Assembly: GCA_965200245.1 (NCBI GenBank)
Contig: CBDATS010000008.1
Span: 96,001 to 160,000, forward strand
Direction of reading: 5' to 3'
Source: a bacterium
GTDB taxonomy: Bacteria > UBA8248
Length of the DNA stretch: 64,000 nucleotides
Part shown: in pieces, positions 21,320-37,096 of the stretch
Position numbering within the stretch: position 1 is the stretch's first letter
Layout: each line of letters begins with the position of its first letter
Made by a program: the position numbers and the translations under genes
The notes under the pieces: generated by a model
The model's input: the letters and a program-made list of their open reading frames with translations, nothing else
Databases searched by the model: none
Told to the model about the DNA's origin: nothing

Positions 21320-22288
21320 ATGAAATGGTTGACGGGACTGGCCTTGGGTCTGCTCTTAATGGCGAACGCGGTCCAAGCGGCTGAAAAATGGAACATGCCG
21401 ACGGCATATGGGGACGCCAACTATCATACGCAAAATGGAAAACTCTTTGCCGAATCGGTAGGTATATGCACCGGGGGAAAACTTCAAATCGTGGTGCATT
21501 CCGGTGGTTCTCTCATCAAGGGTGGCGGGATCAAGCAAGCCGTACAAAGCGGGAAGATTCCCATCGGCGAACGCCTGCTGAGCGCACATCAGAACGAAAA
21601 TGCCGTCTTCGGCTTTGATTCCGTACCGCTTCTGGCCACGTCTTTCGAGGAATCCGAGAAACTCTGGCGCGCGGCCAGAAACCGTCTGACGAAAATTTTC
21701 GCCACGCAGAACCTCGTGCTGCTCTACTCCGTCCCTTGGCCACCGCAGGGGATGTATTTCAAACGCGCGATAGGCGGCGTCGCTGACATGCGCGGTATCA
21801 AGTTTCGCGCGTACAGCGCCGCGACGGCGCGGCTGGCGCAACTCGCCGGAATGCCCTCTGTACATATCGAACTTGCGGAACTCAAACGGGCGCTTGAAAG
21901 CGGCAAGGTGGAGGCTTTCATCTCCTCGTCCGCGACAGGTTATGACCTGAAACTATGGGAACATGTCAGCCATTTTTACGACACCCAAGCCTGGTTGCCG
22001 CGTAACTATGTGTTCGCAAACAAACGCGCCTTCGAGGCACTCGATTCGCACGCGCGCAACTGCCTGCTCTCTTCCGCCCTATTGGCCGAAGCGGCAGGAA
22101 CTGCGCGAGCGCGTGAGTTGACCAGTTTTTACCTCAAAAAACTCGCCGAAAATAGCATGCGCGTACAAAAGCCGGGAAAGCAACTCCAAGCCGGTCTCAA
22201 GAAAATCGGCGAAATCATGTCCGCCGAATGGGCAAAGGCCGCAGGAGCCGAGGGTAGGGCGATCATCAAGGCATTCAGAAGGGAATAA
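21320..22288 (+). CDS. TRAP transporter substrate-binding protein (DctP family)
   Basis: Signal peptide; WNMPTAYGDANYHT, PWPPQG, GIKFRAY typical of DctP subfamily. Confidence 0.9.
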   Translation: MKWLTGLALGLLLMANAVQAAEKWNMPTAYGDANYHTQNGKLFAESVGICTGGKLQIVVHSGGSLIKGGGIKQAVQSGKIPIGERLLSAHQNENAVFGFDSVPLLATSFEESEKLWRAARNRLTKIFATQNLVLLYSVPWPPQGMYFKRAIGGVADMRGIKFRAYSAATARLAQLAGMPSVHIELAELKRALESGKVEAFISSSATGYDLKLWEHVSHFYDTQAWLPRNYVFANKRAFEALDSHARNCLLSSALLAEAAGTARARELTSFYLKKLAENSMRVQKPGKQLQAGLKKIGEIMSAEWAKAAGAEGRAIIKAFRRE

Positions 22289-22501
22289 GGAATCAGTCGG
22301 GAAGCAGCCTTGAATTATGGCAATTGCTGTTCCTGCGCCTTGGCCCAATATCTGGATGCGCTGAGGGCAATGATTTCTCTCAAACAGGCATCGTATCGGC
22401 CATGGCCAAAACAGCGGGAAAAGAAAATCTTCCGTGATTTCTCTCTGTATACGGGGTTAGAGATCTTTCATGCGCTGCCCACGCCGAAGGCGCGAAGCGC
22501 G

Positions 22502-23173
22502 TCAAATATTCATGGCGCGGACGAGGGGTGCACCCTCGTGATAGTCGATCACGTTCAGGGCCGTGAAATCCTGTTCCAACCGAAAAAAGCTCTCCAATGG
22601 AGCATCCAACGCATCGCACAGGATTACACGGTTTACTGCCGCATGGGCGCAGATGATTACGTTCTTTTCCTTCTCCCTAGTGCAAATGCCTTGATACGCG
22701 GGTAGCACCCGCGCAGCGAGTTCCGCCACGGATTCCCCGTCGCCCGGCGGCTTCGAATGAACGAAGTTCCTGTAATGCGCGGCCAGGCGCTCTGGCTCTT
22801 TTTCCGTGAGGGATGCGTACGTTTCCCCTTCCCAATCACCTAGGTGAAGCTCGGCGATATCAGGCACAATTACAGGCTTGAGTCTCAAGCTCATTGCGTC
22901 TGCCAAAATTTCCGCTGTCTTGACGGAGCGGGCGAGCGAACTGGTGTAAAGAACCGTTTCGCTTTCCATCAGCCAGCCCTTGACGCGCGCTGATGCTTCC
23001 CGAACCTGCTTTTCACCCTCGGCGAGGAGTGGCGCGTCGGTACTGCCGTAGAAATAACCCTCTTTTGAACCCTCGGCCGCACCATGCCTGAGCAAAAGTA
23101 CGCGCGTAGAGTCGGCCTTGCGCGGCATGGAGACCGTGGAATCGGCCCGCCTTTGGTTCACGTTTCTCTCCAA
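22502..23173 (-). CDS. Histidine phosphatase (phosphoglycerate mutase / CobC-like)
   Basis: LLRHG motif, SSLARS, GDWEG, GES, AHAAVNR. Confidence 0.88.
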   Translation of the reverse strand: MERNVNQRRADSTVSMPRKADSTRVLLLRHGAAEGSKEGYFYGSTDAPLLAEGEKQVREASARVKGWLMESETVLYTSSLARSVKTAEILADAMSLRLKPVIVPDIAELHLGDWEGETYASLTEKEPERLAAHYRNFVHSKPPGDGESVAELAARVLPAYQGICTREKEKNVIICAHAAVNRVILCDALDAPLESFFRLEQDFTALNVIDYHEGAPLVRAMNI

Positions 23174-23224
23174 TACGAAAACAGGCGCGGAGGGTTTTGC
23201 ACCGCACCTGAAAACAATGTCGCA

Positions 23225-23629
23225 CTATTTTGTGGCCAGCGAGACGTCCCGAACACCCGCTTCGGATACGAGTCCCATCACCTTGATCACGAAGCCGTAA
23301 TCAAGGCGCTTGTCCGCCTTGACAGTGAGAGAAGGCTCGAACTTTCCGCTCTCGATGTCTGATTTCAACTTGCTCTCCAAATTATCGAGCAACACCGTTT
23401 TACCGTTCAAAGTGATTCGCTTCTCCAGGCCGACTTCAATCAACAAAGATTTTTTCTTCACTACCTCGGCGCTTGATTTTGCCTCAGGCAGTTCAATGTC
23501 GAGCCTCCGGGTGAAATCCACGAATGAGGTGGAGACCATGAAGAAGATCAGGAGCAAGAAGACGACATCTATGAGCGAGGTGAGTTGGAGGCTGTAATCT
23601 TCCTCCGAATCGACCTGAAAGCGCATCAT
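23225..23629 (-). CDS. exbD: Biopolymer transport protein ExbD/TolR
   Basis: LTSLIDVVFLLLIFFMV TM motif, KADKRLDYGFV. Confidence 0.9.
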   Translation of the reverse strand: MMRFQVDSEEDYSLQLTSLIDVVFLLLIFFMVSTSFVDFTRRLDIELPEAKSSAEVVKKKSLLIEVGLEKRITLNGKTVLLDNLESKLKSDIESGKFEPSLTVKADKRLDYGFVIKVMGLVSEAGVRDVSLATK

Positions 23630-24450
23630 AAATCCTCGTCCGGCGTATTTACACTCTCCATACCCTGCATTACTTTTGCGGAAGACCTGTCCGCGTTCTC
23701 GCCGGGTTCTTCAGATTGTGCCGCCAGGTTCTGCAAAAGCGAGAGAGCGACCGATTCCATCTCGAACAGGAGGCGGCTGCTGCGCGAGCGGAAAAAATGG
23801 TACGCTGCAAGAGCGGGAATGCCTATCAAAAGGCCAGCCGCCGTGGTCAGCAGCGCTTCGGATATTCCTTCCGCCACGAGATTCGGGTTCCCCGTTCCGG
23901 CGCGGCTGATAACGTCGAACGCGCGTATCATCCCGACAACGGTGCCGAACAGCCCCAGCATCGGTGCCAGGTTCGCGATGACGCCCAGACCTCTGAGGTT
24001 TCGCGACAAAACGGTCGATTCGTGCTGACCCGTTCCGACCATAGAGCGCTCCATCTCACCGATTCCCAGGTGCCGCCTCGCAAGCCCCGCTTGAAGCACA
24101 TGAGCGAGAGGCGAGTCGAATTGTTTGCAGGTTTGGGTGGCTCTCTCGAAATTGCCGCTTCGCCAGTACTTCTCCGAAGCTCTAACCAAGGCGTCGGGCA
24201 GAACCTTCTTTCGCCTCAATGAAATAAGCCGCTCGAGCGTCACCATGAGCACGACGACCGAGCAGAGCCCCAAGGGGATCATTGTATAGCCCCCCTTCTT
24301 CAAAAGCTCCCAAACTTTGGTGGTAAAACCCCAATCGGCGAAGCTTGGGGCCGCGAACGCCTGCTCTGCTCCGAGCAGAAGAAATACGCCAGTTATACTG
24401 ACTGCAAAGGGCCACGGGCCCTCTTTTGAACGAATCGTTTCACGAAACAT
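23626..24450 (-). CDS. exbB: MotA/TolQ/ExbB proton channel protein
   Basis: APMLGLFGTVVGMIRAF, GISEALLTTAAGL. Confidence 0.9.
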   Translation of the reverse strand: MFRETIRSKEGPWPFAVSITGVFLLLGAEQAFAAPSFADWGFTTKVWELLKKGGYTMIPLGLCSVVVLMVTLERLISLRRKKVLPDALVRASEKYWRSGNFERATQTCKQFDSPLAHVLQAGLARRHLGIGEMERSMVGTGQHESTVLSRNLRGLGVIANLAPMLGLFGTVVGMIRAFDVISRAGTGNPNLVAEGISEALLTTAAGLLIGIPALAAYHFFRSRSSRLLFEMESVALSLLQNLAAQSEEPGENADRSSAKVMQGMESVNTPDEDL

Positions 24451-25133
24451 CGCTTAAAATTCCTGTAACCCACGATAGGTCGGTTTCCACTGTAATTTGG
24501 GTATCGAACACGTCTGCACAAACGGGAAGCAAATCCTGCACGAGTTTCGAGAGTCTTGGCGAGGCTCCCATGAGTTTTTCAAGTGAGGTCACGCGCGCAC
24601 CCACTTCACCACAGGGGTGCATCATCTCGAAATATCTCAGATCGGGCGATGCGTTTAACGAAACCCCATGCATTGTCACCCAACGCCTTGCCCCCACGCC
24701 AAGGGCGAGAATTTTTTCATCCTCCACCCAGAGGCCCGGGTTCCCCGGCCTTCTCTCGGCGCGAAACCCAGCTTTCTCCAGATAGCGCCGAAAAATCTCC
24801 TCCAGACGTCTGCAGTGAAGATGCACGTCTCGCTCCCATTCGCGGAGGTCACATATGGCATAGAGCATCAGTTGGCCCGGGCCGTGAAAGGTCACCTCGC
24901 CGCCCCGATTGATCCGTGCGAGCGGAACCTCAGCGCCGTCGATGGGGGATCGCCTCAGAAGAACGTTCGTCTCGCTCCCTCCCTTGCCCAGCGTCATAAC
25001 CGGGTCGTGCTCCAGGAAAAGAAAAACGTCATCCCCCAGGCGTCCCTCGGCGCGCTCGGCCCACAGACGCTTTTGCATATCCCATGCTTCGCCGAACGCC
25101 ACCCGTCCCAGGAAGACGGCTCTGATGGATGGT

Positions 25134-28565
<3,432 letters not shown>

Positions 28566-28718
28566 ATCTATTCCCCGGGGCGGTATTTCATACAGGCGTG
28601 ACTTGGTTGCTTACTTCTTTGCGTGCAGCCGATGCGGCATCTCAATTTATGGCTTTGAATCCCTGGCCGCTATCTGTATCTTTTTGCGGCTAGGAAATTT
28701 ATTTCTGCCCGCGTCGGA

Positions 28719-29084
28719 TTAACCGCCGTATCCGAAAATTTGGCTGATGAACCTGCCGGGAATCATGGCGAATCCGCCCGCGATGAGGGCACCAATCATC
28801 GTGCCCGTCATGAACGCAGCATGCGTACGCACCCTTCCCCGCCGTATCGAGACTACTGCGGCCACCATACAGAACATTGTCCATATTGTGAGGAGGTGAA
28901 TCCAACTGAAATCGCCGTCGTTCAGTTCGCGAATCCAGAAGGAAGAAACCGTGACGTAGGTCATCACGACCATCCAGCACCAGCCGATGACGCGGTGCTT
29001 GCGCGTTCCTTTAGCGGACGCAAGATTGACCATGCCGAGCCCGATCGCCAGCACCGCCAGAATGAAATGCGTCCAAATCAGCAA
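28719..29084 (-). CDS. Small membrane protein, DUF2306-like
   Basis: Four hydrophobic segments; KGTRKHRVIG, FSWIHLL, H...M, IPGR pattern. Confidence 0.75.
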   Translation of the reverse strand: MLIWTHFILAVLAIGLGMVNLASAKGTRKHRVIGWCWMVVMTYVTVSSFWIRELNDGDFSWIHLLTIWTMFCMVAAVVSIRRGRVRTHAAFMTGTMIGALIAGGFAMIPGRFISQIFGYGG

Positions 29085-29102
29085 GGTTTCGCTTCCCCGT
29101 GC

Positions 29103-29708
29103 CTAGTTGTTGGAATCCTTGAACACCATGACGTCCTGAATGAGTTTTCCCTTATAGCTCAGGTCTTCGTGCATGTTGGTGTTCAGCGTTACCCTGATCT
29201 CGAGATTTCCCTTCGGCAGTTTATCCATGAAATAAAAAGCCCCGTATAGCCTCGTGAGTTTCTTGTTGTTCAGGTACAGGTGCGCGTGTCCCTCGTTGAT
29301 CCTCGATGTCTTGTTCACTTCTTTGGGCGCGAAGCGAAAATTCTTAAGCTCCAGGTAGAGGTTGAGTGTCCCTTTGGTGTGGGCGTCCTTCTCAAGGTGT
29401 ATCTTCACACTCGGGGGGTTCTTGTAGTCTGCGGGAATTACTTTGACGGAATGTTTCATCTCGTGCACATGGTTGTGGCCTTTCATCATCTTGTGACCAT
29501 GTTCTTTCTTCGAGTCGCCGGTTTTTTTCATTTCATACCCTTGAGGCCCGATCATCCCATGCCTGTGTCCTTTCTTTCCATGGTCACTCTGTGCGATATG
29601 CCAGTGGGGATAATTCGCCTCATGGGCGTTGGCACTCATTACGGCGAAAAGCGAAACCAGGGAAAATAATGCAACCACGGCGAGTATGTTCCGGGACGTG
29701 CGTTTCAT
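29103..29708 (-). CDS. Exported His/Met-rich hypothetical protein, possible metal binder
   Basis: Signal peptide ending ANA-H; His/Met-rich tract; C-terminal domain with EGHAHLYLN...RLYG...LNTNMH. Confidence 0.75.
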   Translation of the reverse strand: MKRTSRNILAVVALFSLVSLFAVMSANAHEANYPHWHIAQSDHGKKGHRHGMIGPQGYEMKKTGDSKKEHGHKMMKGHNHVHEMKHSVKVIPADYKNPPSVKIHLEKDAHTKGTLNLYLELKNFRFAPKEVNKTSRINEGHAHLYLNNKKLTRLYGAFYFMDKLPKGNLEIRVTLNTNMHEDLSYKGKLIQDVMVFKDSNN

Positions 29709-29908
29709 ATAATTTCAACTCCTCTGAGTAATTTCAGAAGCGGCGACGGGCCAAGCAAAGGAAAGAACGGGCAACTGCACTGTAAATTTGCTGATTCCAT
29801 AAGCCTAAATCTGGCACTACACCATCTTTTATCTTAACTTGTAAATCGAAGACATCGGCAACTATGAACAGCGTCCTTATTCCAATTACTCGATGAAGAT
29901 GAGAGAAA

Positions 29909-30658
29909 ATGCGCAAGTTTCTCCTCTTGATTTGTATCGTCTTTTTGGCAGGATGTAAAACTACATCAAAAGGGATTTCAGCCGCCATGTATTTCGATAC
30001 GACCAGCAGGCAAACCTACCAAGACAAAGACTGGAACCTTGAGTTTTACGATAATTGCGGACTTCCGGACTCTTCTTCAGTACGGTGGGTAACCGAAGGA
30101 AATGAGACATTTTTGCGCTTCACCCTGAAAAGGAAGCAACTGGGAGGATGCAGCACCGATGCCCTTGCCAGGCACGGCGCGCCATACTGGGAGCGCGCTG
30201 AAATAAAACAGGCGAGTACTTTGAATCGAGATGCAGACTATACATTGACCTTTAAAGTTCGGTTCGTAAAGGGATTTTCCCATCAAAGGGAAGGTTTTTT
30301 TCAGATGCACCAATCCACTCGAGATTGCCGGGTTGGTCCACCATTGATGTTCAAATTCTCGAACAAGCACCTGACAGCCAAATATTGGCATGAACGCTTC
30401 AAAAGGAAAGTCCACATCAATGAATTGATAGGAAAATGGATAGACGTAAAGCTGGAAGTTAATTTTACAGAATCGAATTACAACCTGATATTTAACGAAG
30501 AAAACTTATTGGCAAAGGAAGAATTTGCAGTAGAACCGTGTGGGAAGCCGCATTTCAAGTTCGGGATATACCGGCCCGGTGACGAAGACGTCGCCAGCGA
30601 AAGAATCTCCATTTTCGATATCGACAAAATCAGGCTGGTCGAGAGGAAGAAAAATTGA
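29909..30658 (+). CDS. Lipoprotein with polysaccharide-lyase-like (jelly-roll) domain
   Basis: Lipobox LAGC; ERAEI, FFQMH, HFKFGIYRPG resemble Polysacc_lyase/heparin lyase I-like proteins; visibly more AT-rich than neighbours. Confidence 0.6.
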   Translation: MRKFLLLICIVFLAGCKTTSKGISAAMYFDTTSRQTYQDKDWNLEFYDNCGLPDSSSVRWVTEGNETFLRFTLKRKQLGGCSTDALARHGAPYWERAEIKQASTLNRDADYTLTFKVRFVKGFSHQREGFFQMHQSTRDCRVGPPLMFKFSNKHLTAKYWHERFKRKVHINELIGKWIDVKLEVNFTESNYNLIFNEENLLAKEEFAVEPCGKPHFKFGIYRPGDEDVASERISIFDIDKIRLVERKKN

Positions 30659-30694
30659 TTCCTGCTTAACATATTGATCTTAATTGCCCTTGAT

Positions 30695-32224
30695 TCATTC
30701 CCACTCGATCGTGCCCGGCGGCTTGGAAGAAATATCATAGACCACGCGGTTCACGCCGCGCACCTCGTTGATGATGCGCGATGATGCCTCGGCAAGCAAA
30801 TCCGCAGGCAAGCGTGCCCAGTCCGCCGTCATTCCGTCTTGGCTGGTGACGGCTCGAAGCGCGAGGGCGTTCTCATACGTTCTCGCGTCGCCCATTACGC
30901 CCACGGTGTTCACGGGCAGCAGAACGGCGAACGCCTGCCATACCCTGTCGTAATAATCGTGCTTGCGGAGCGTTTCGATGAAAATAGCGTCTGCCTCCTG
31001 GAGGGTTTTTACGCGTTTTTCCGTCACCTCTCCCAGGACGCGCACGGCGAGACCCGGGCCGGGGAACGGGTGGCGCCAGAGCATTTCGCGGGGCAAGCCC
31101 AACTCCTCGCCTGCTTCGCGTACCTCGTCCTTGAACAACTCGCGCAGGGGTTCGATAAGGGCAAGTCGCATCCATGTGGGCAAGCCACCCACATTGTGGT
31201 GGGTCTTGATCGTCGCTGAAGGCCCCTTGAACGAGACGCTCTCGATGACATCGGGGTAAAGCGTCCCTTGGGCCAGGAACTTCACATCGCCCAGCTTCCT
31301 CGCCTCGCGTTCGAAGATGCGGATGAATATTTCACCGATTCTCTTTCTTTTGGCTTCAGGGTGGGTGACGCCGCGCAGCACGTTCAGAAATTCCCTGCGC
31401 CCATCCGTGTGCACGAGATTGAGCCTTCCACCGAAAGTCTCCACCACCTGCTCGGCTTCGTTCTTGCGGAGCAGGCCATTGTCCACGAAGATGCAGGTGA
31501 GCCTTTCGCCTATCGCTTCTTTGACGAGCATTGCCGTGACAGAGGAATCCACGCCGCCCGAGAGACCGCAGACCACGTTCTTGTGCCCGACTTGCTTCCT
31601 GATGCGCTCGACCGTTTCTTCGATGAAGGAGCGCATCGTCCAATCACCCACACATCCGCAGATCTTGTAGACGAAATTGCGCAGAATTTCCTTGCCTCGC
31701 GGGGTGTGCGCCACTTCGGGATGAAACTGTATGCCGTAGCGACGCCCGTCTTCGGACATCATCGCCGCCACTGGGGAACCTTCTGACCGTGCGAGCGACT
31801 TGTATCCTGGCGGCGGCGCCTCTATCGTGTCTCCGTGACTCATCCAGACGGTCTCGGCCCCGCCTGATCCGAGAAAGATGCCGACCGGCTCTTCGACAAA
31901 CATTTCGGCACGACCGAATTCCCTCTTGGCATAAGGGCCGACCTTTCCGCCAAGCAGGTGTGTCATGAGTTGCATGCCGTAGCAGATTCCCAAGATGGGG
32001 AAGTCGCTCTCGAACAACGCGGGGTCGACCGAGGGAGAACCGTTTTCGTAAACGCTACTTGGCCCGCCCGAGAGGATGACACCCTTGATATGCGGGCCTG
32101 TAACCTCGCGCCAGTCGCGGGTGCAGGGTTGAATCTCGCAATACACGTTCAACTCCCGCACGCGACGGGCGATGAGTTGCGTGTACTGCGAGCCGAAATC
32201 AAAAATAAGGATTTGATCGCGCAT
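30695..32224 (-). CDS. guaA: GMP synthase (glutamine-hydrolysing)
   Basis: [41 protein letters not shown]. Confidence 0.98.
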   Translation of the reverse strand: MRDQILIFDFGSQYTQLIARRVRELNVYCEIQPCTRDWREVTGPHIKGVILSGGPSSVYENGSPSVDPALFESDFPILGICYGMQLMTHLLGGKVGPYAKREFGRAEMFVEEPVGIFLGSGGAETVWMSHGDTIEAPPPGYKSLARSEGSPVAAMMSEDGRRYGIQFHPEVAHTPRGKEILRNFVYKICGCVGDWTMRSFIEETVERIRKQVGHKNVVCGLSGGVDSSVTAMLVKEAIGERLTCIFVDNGLLRKNEAEQVVETFGGRLNLVHTDGRREFLNVLRGVTHPEAKRKRIGEIFIRIFEREARKLGDVKFLAQGTLYPDVIESVSFKGPSATIKTHHNVGGLPTWMRLALIEPLRELFKDEVREAGEELGLPREMLWRHPFPGPGLAVRVLGEVTEKRVKTLQEADAIFIETLRKHDYYDRVWQAFAVLLPVNTVGVMGDARTYENALALRAVTSQDGMTADWARLPADLLAEASSRIINEVRGVNRVVYDISSKPPGTIEWE

Positions 32225-32455
32225 CTTCAATTCAGGACATAGCGAAGCGAATCGCCACTTCCTCTCCAATCTCAAGCCCGCCGACGGGTCGGCCAGCTGA
32301 CATTATCTGCGCCGGAGGTTACGAATCGGGATCCTGCATCCCTGACGAATCCGGCGCTTTCGGTTTTTCGGGCGACGGTCGTACTCTCATCCGGCGCGGT
32401 CAATCATCGGCCCGCACACGCTTGGCGACGCAGGGGGCGACTTGGAGCAAGAAAA

Positions 32456-34045
<1,590 letters not shown>

Positions 34046-34181
34046 TTAAGGCCAAGAGTGAGCGAGCGTAATGAAGACCTCCTCCACCATCAGCGGCCGA
34101 TGGCTTGTGCAAGAAATCGGGACCGAAAGGCTGTTTTGAAAGGACGTGGACAACAACTGCCTTCCTTTTTCTTGCCTCGCC

Positions 34182-34210
34182 ATTTTGTTTCGCATGGGCA
34201 CCGGTGTCAA
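34182..34210 (-). promoter_or_regulatory. Candidate sigma70 promoter for guaBA
   Basis: Minus strand TTGACA-N17-CAAAAT about 230 nt upstream of guaB. Confidence 0.4.
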
Positions 34211-34239
34211 GAGCGCCAGCGTCTTGACGCGAAAACGGA

Positions 34240-36177
34240 TCAACTCCTGAGAAATCGCCTCTGCACTGGACCTACACCCATCACAAGCATGATGGGCCGT
34301 CCGTGCGGGCAGGTCCATCTGCCTGGCGTCTTCTCAAGTTCCTCGACAAGGGCGGCCACCTCCTCAGGACGCATGGTCCGGGCCGCCTTGACCGCTCCCC
34401 TGCAACTCATTCTTGCGATGATCCCGTCGATCAGGTCGGCGAAACTAACGGGCTGTTCGATATCCGCGAGACCCTCCGCAATCTGACGCACCACACCTGC
34501 GGGACCACGGTTCGCAAGAAGCGCAGGCACGGCCAGAATCCTGTATTCTCCGGGACTCACGTTCTCGAGTTCGAAGCCTGAGCGCAGCAAATCCTCGCGA
34601 TGCGCCTCAATGCCGAGCGCCTCTTCGGGTCGAAGTCTTATCTCCTCTGGCACCAGACAAGTCTGGCTGTCCACGTGGCACTCGCGAAACTGATCGCGAA
34701 ATCGGTTGTAGAGCACACGCTCGTGCGCTGCGTGCTGATCGACGAACACAAGTCCCTGAGCTGATCCGAACAGCAAGAAGCACTCCTCCCACTGGCCCAG
34801 ATACCGGCATTCCGAAAGAACGACAGGATCGCTCGGATGGGGCGGCTCAAGCATTCGCTCAAGCGACAATGGAGCCTGAGGGTCGGCCGGGGAACTTTGG
34901 GAAGCCAGTGCAGCAGGACCCGGCGTATGCGCACCGGATGCAGAGTGAGGGTATTCCGGGGATTCTTTCTCCCTGGAAACACCGTAATCTACGGGGGCGG
35001 CGTAGCCTTGATCTTCAATATATCCAATATATCCCCCGCCACCCAGCAAAGCGGGCTCGGAGACCCGAGAGGTCGGAGATGCTTCCGTAACCGTGGGGTC
35101 TTCCGTCACTGAGCCCGCAGCACTACTGGCCGCATGGCCTGCACCCCGGTGGGCGAAGTCACGACGTACTCTCTGGGGGCGCGCTCCCAGAACAGAGGCG
35201 ACGCTCTCCCGCACGAGAGCGTAAACGCTTGATGCGAAGCGGAAGCGCACTTCCTGCTTGGCGGGGTGGGCGTTCACGTCCACATCCTCGGGCGGCATAT
35301 CCAGGAAGAGGATGAAGACGGGGTGACGCTTCACCGGCATGAAGCTGCGATAGGCCGCATAGACCGCGTGAACAAAAAGGCGGTCCCGGATGGGGCGTCC
35401 GTTCACGAACAGATATTGTGCGTCACGAGTGGAGCGGTTCAGCCCCGGGGCGCCCGCCCAGCCGCTGAACGTCATGTTCTCCGACGTAGCGCGGGGAATC
35501 CTGAGAAGATGGGAAGCCACCGCCTCGCCGACAAGTTGCGCCGCGCGGGCCATGAGTCCTCCAGAAGCGTCCAGGTCGAGCAGCGTCCTCTTTCCGTGGC
35601 GTAGGACGAACGAGACATTCGGGTTCGCCATGGCCGCCTGATTCGCCACCTCTAGGCAGCGGACAAGCTCAGTCTCTTTTCTCTTGAGGAACTTGCGTCT
35701 CGCGGGTACGTTGAAAAACAGTGATCGCACCTCGATCCGCGTGCCTGGCGAGGCACCCATTTCGGTAACCCGCTGGAGCTTGCCACCCTTTATGCGCACC
35801 TCGGTTCCCAAGTCGTCTCCCGGTCTCCTCGTCGTGATGATCATCTTCGAGACCGCGGCGATGCTCGGCAGTGCCTCGCCCCGAAAACCCAGCGTAGCTA
35901 CGCGTCCCAGATCCCAATTCGTAGTTATCTTGCTTGTCGCGTGACGTTCGATGCAGAGCAGCGCATCGTCCCCGCTCATGCCGTGACCGTCGTCGACCAC
36001 CTGCACGCGCGAGGCGCCGCCCGATTCAAGATCGATTTCCACTCGCTCGGCGCCAGCATCGATGCTGTTCTCCACCAGTTCCTTGAGAACGGAAGCGGGA
36101 CGTTGCACCACCTCGCCAGCAGCTATCTGGTTCGCGAGCGATTCGGGGAGAATGCGTATGCGGGTTTCTTTATTCAT
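34240..36177 (-). CDS. mutL: DNA mismatch repair endonuclease MutL
   Basis: NQIAAGEVVQRP, GFRGEAL, DQHAAHER, CPHGRP. Confidence 0.97.
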   Translation of the reverse strand: MNKETRIRILPESLANQIAAGEVVQRPASVLKELVENSIDAGAERVEIDLESGGASRVQVVDDGHGMSGDDALLCIERHATSKITTNWDLGRVATLGFRGEALPSIAAVSKMIITTRRPGDDLGTEVRIKGGKLQRVTEMGASPGTRIEVRSLFFNVPARRKFLKRKETELVRCLEVANQAAMANPNVSFVLRHGKRTLLDLDASGGLMARAAQLVGEAVASHLLRIPRATSENMTFSGWAGAPGLNRSTRDAQYLFVNGRPIRDRLFVHAVYAAYRSFMPVKRHPVFILFLDMPPEDVDVNAHPAKQEVRFRFASSVYALVRESVASVLGARPQRVRRDFAHRGAGHAASSAAGSVTEDPTVTEASPTSRVSEPALLGGGGYIGYIEDQGYAAPVDYGVSREKESPEYPHSASGAHTPGPAALASQSSPADPQAPLSLERMLEPPHPSDPVVLSECRYLGQWEECFLLFGSAQGLVFVDQHAAHERVLYNRFRDQFRECHVDSQTCLVPEEIRLRPEEALGIEAHREDLLRSGFELENVSPGEYRILAVPALLANRGPAGVVRQIAEGLADIEQPVSFADLIDGIIARMSCRGAVKAARTMRPEEVAALVEELEKTPGRWTCPHGRPIMLVMGVGPVQRRFLRS

Positions 36178-37096
36178 GGGGAACCCCTCGTGCTTTCGCC
36201 TAGGCCCATCAATTTCCCGCATCTTGAGAGGATTGTCAAGAAAAACCACAATATTTCGTGGATGTGGACATTCAATTACGCCATATGGTGGGATTTGTGC
36301 TGGATACGATTTTTGGGCTGTTCTCACAAAAGAAAGGGTTGATAGGATATTTGATGGCTTCAAACGGTACATTCGCCCTTCTTGAAATACCCCACGCTAC
36401 CAAAACACCCGCCGCCCGATAATTGAAGTTGCACTCCCTGATTCGGGTTCTCTCGAAACGGTGAATCCATAAGGAGGAAACGAGTCGTAGTGACGGACCC
36501 GAGCAAAGTGCAGAAATCCAGACCACGATGAAAATGGTGAAAATCGCGGGTGACTCGGTCCTCTGCCTCCGCCTCGAGAGTGTCTGATTGAACCAGAGCA
36601 TGCGCTTCCGCTTAGGTGTCGCATTCTTTCTCTCGTCCCTGCTAGTCGTCTATGGGGTCTACAACGCAAACTCCTTCGCGAGTCATCAGGAAGATCGCGA
36701 ATTCTGGAACGGTGACCTAGCGAAAGGGGGCCGTGGAGGTATTGACCGCATCGGGGCGGCTCCGTCTTCTTTGTCCTTGCCCGGGAGAAACCTTGCGGAG
36801 TGACGTGGATATGCTCTGGATGAGTGTTGCCGGGCTGACCCAGGCAATCGAGTTCCGGTCAGTCTCACGTTTCGGGCAGGGGTGGATTGCATGGTCCCAA
36901 AGCACCGCACCCGGTCAATAATCGACAATACGACCTTTTCGTCTGGGGCGTTTTTTCGGGACGAGGGGGAATACCGGCGGAACCTCGGTGGCAAATCCCC
37001 TCTTTGGGGAACTACGGGTTGTTGTAAATCCCATCCCGGCAGGAATGCGCCGCCTTCTTCAATTCAGCCCATACACCAGATATGAAAGTAACTCGC

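Noticed and set aside
34860-35170. Low-complexity Ala/Ser/Pro-rich stretch in mutL as a possible insertion
   Set aside because: It corresponds to the normal variable linker between the MutL ATPase and C-terminal domains
36801-36803. In-frame TGA as possible selenocysteine
   Set aside because: No redox motif context or evident SECIS hairpin; decay is more likely
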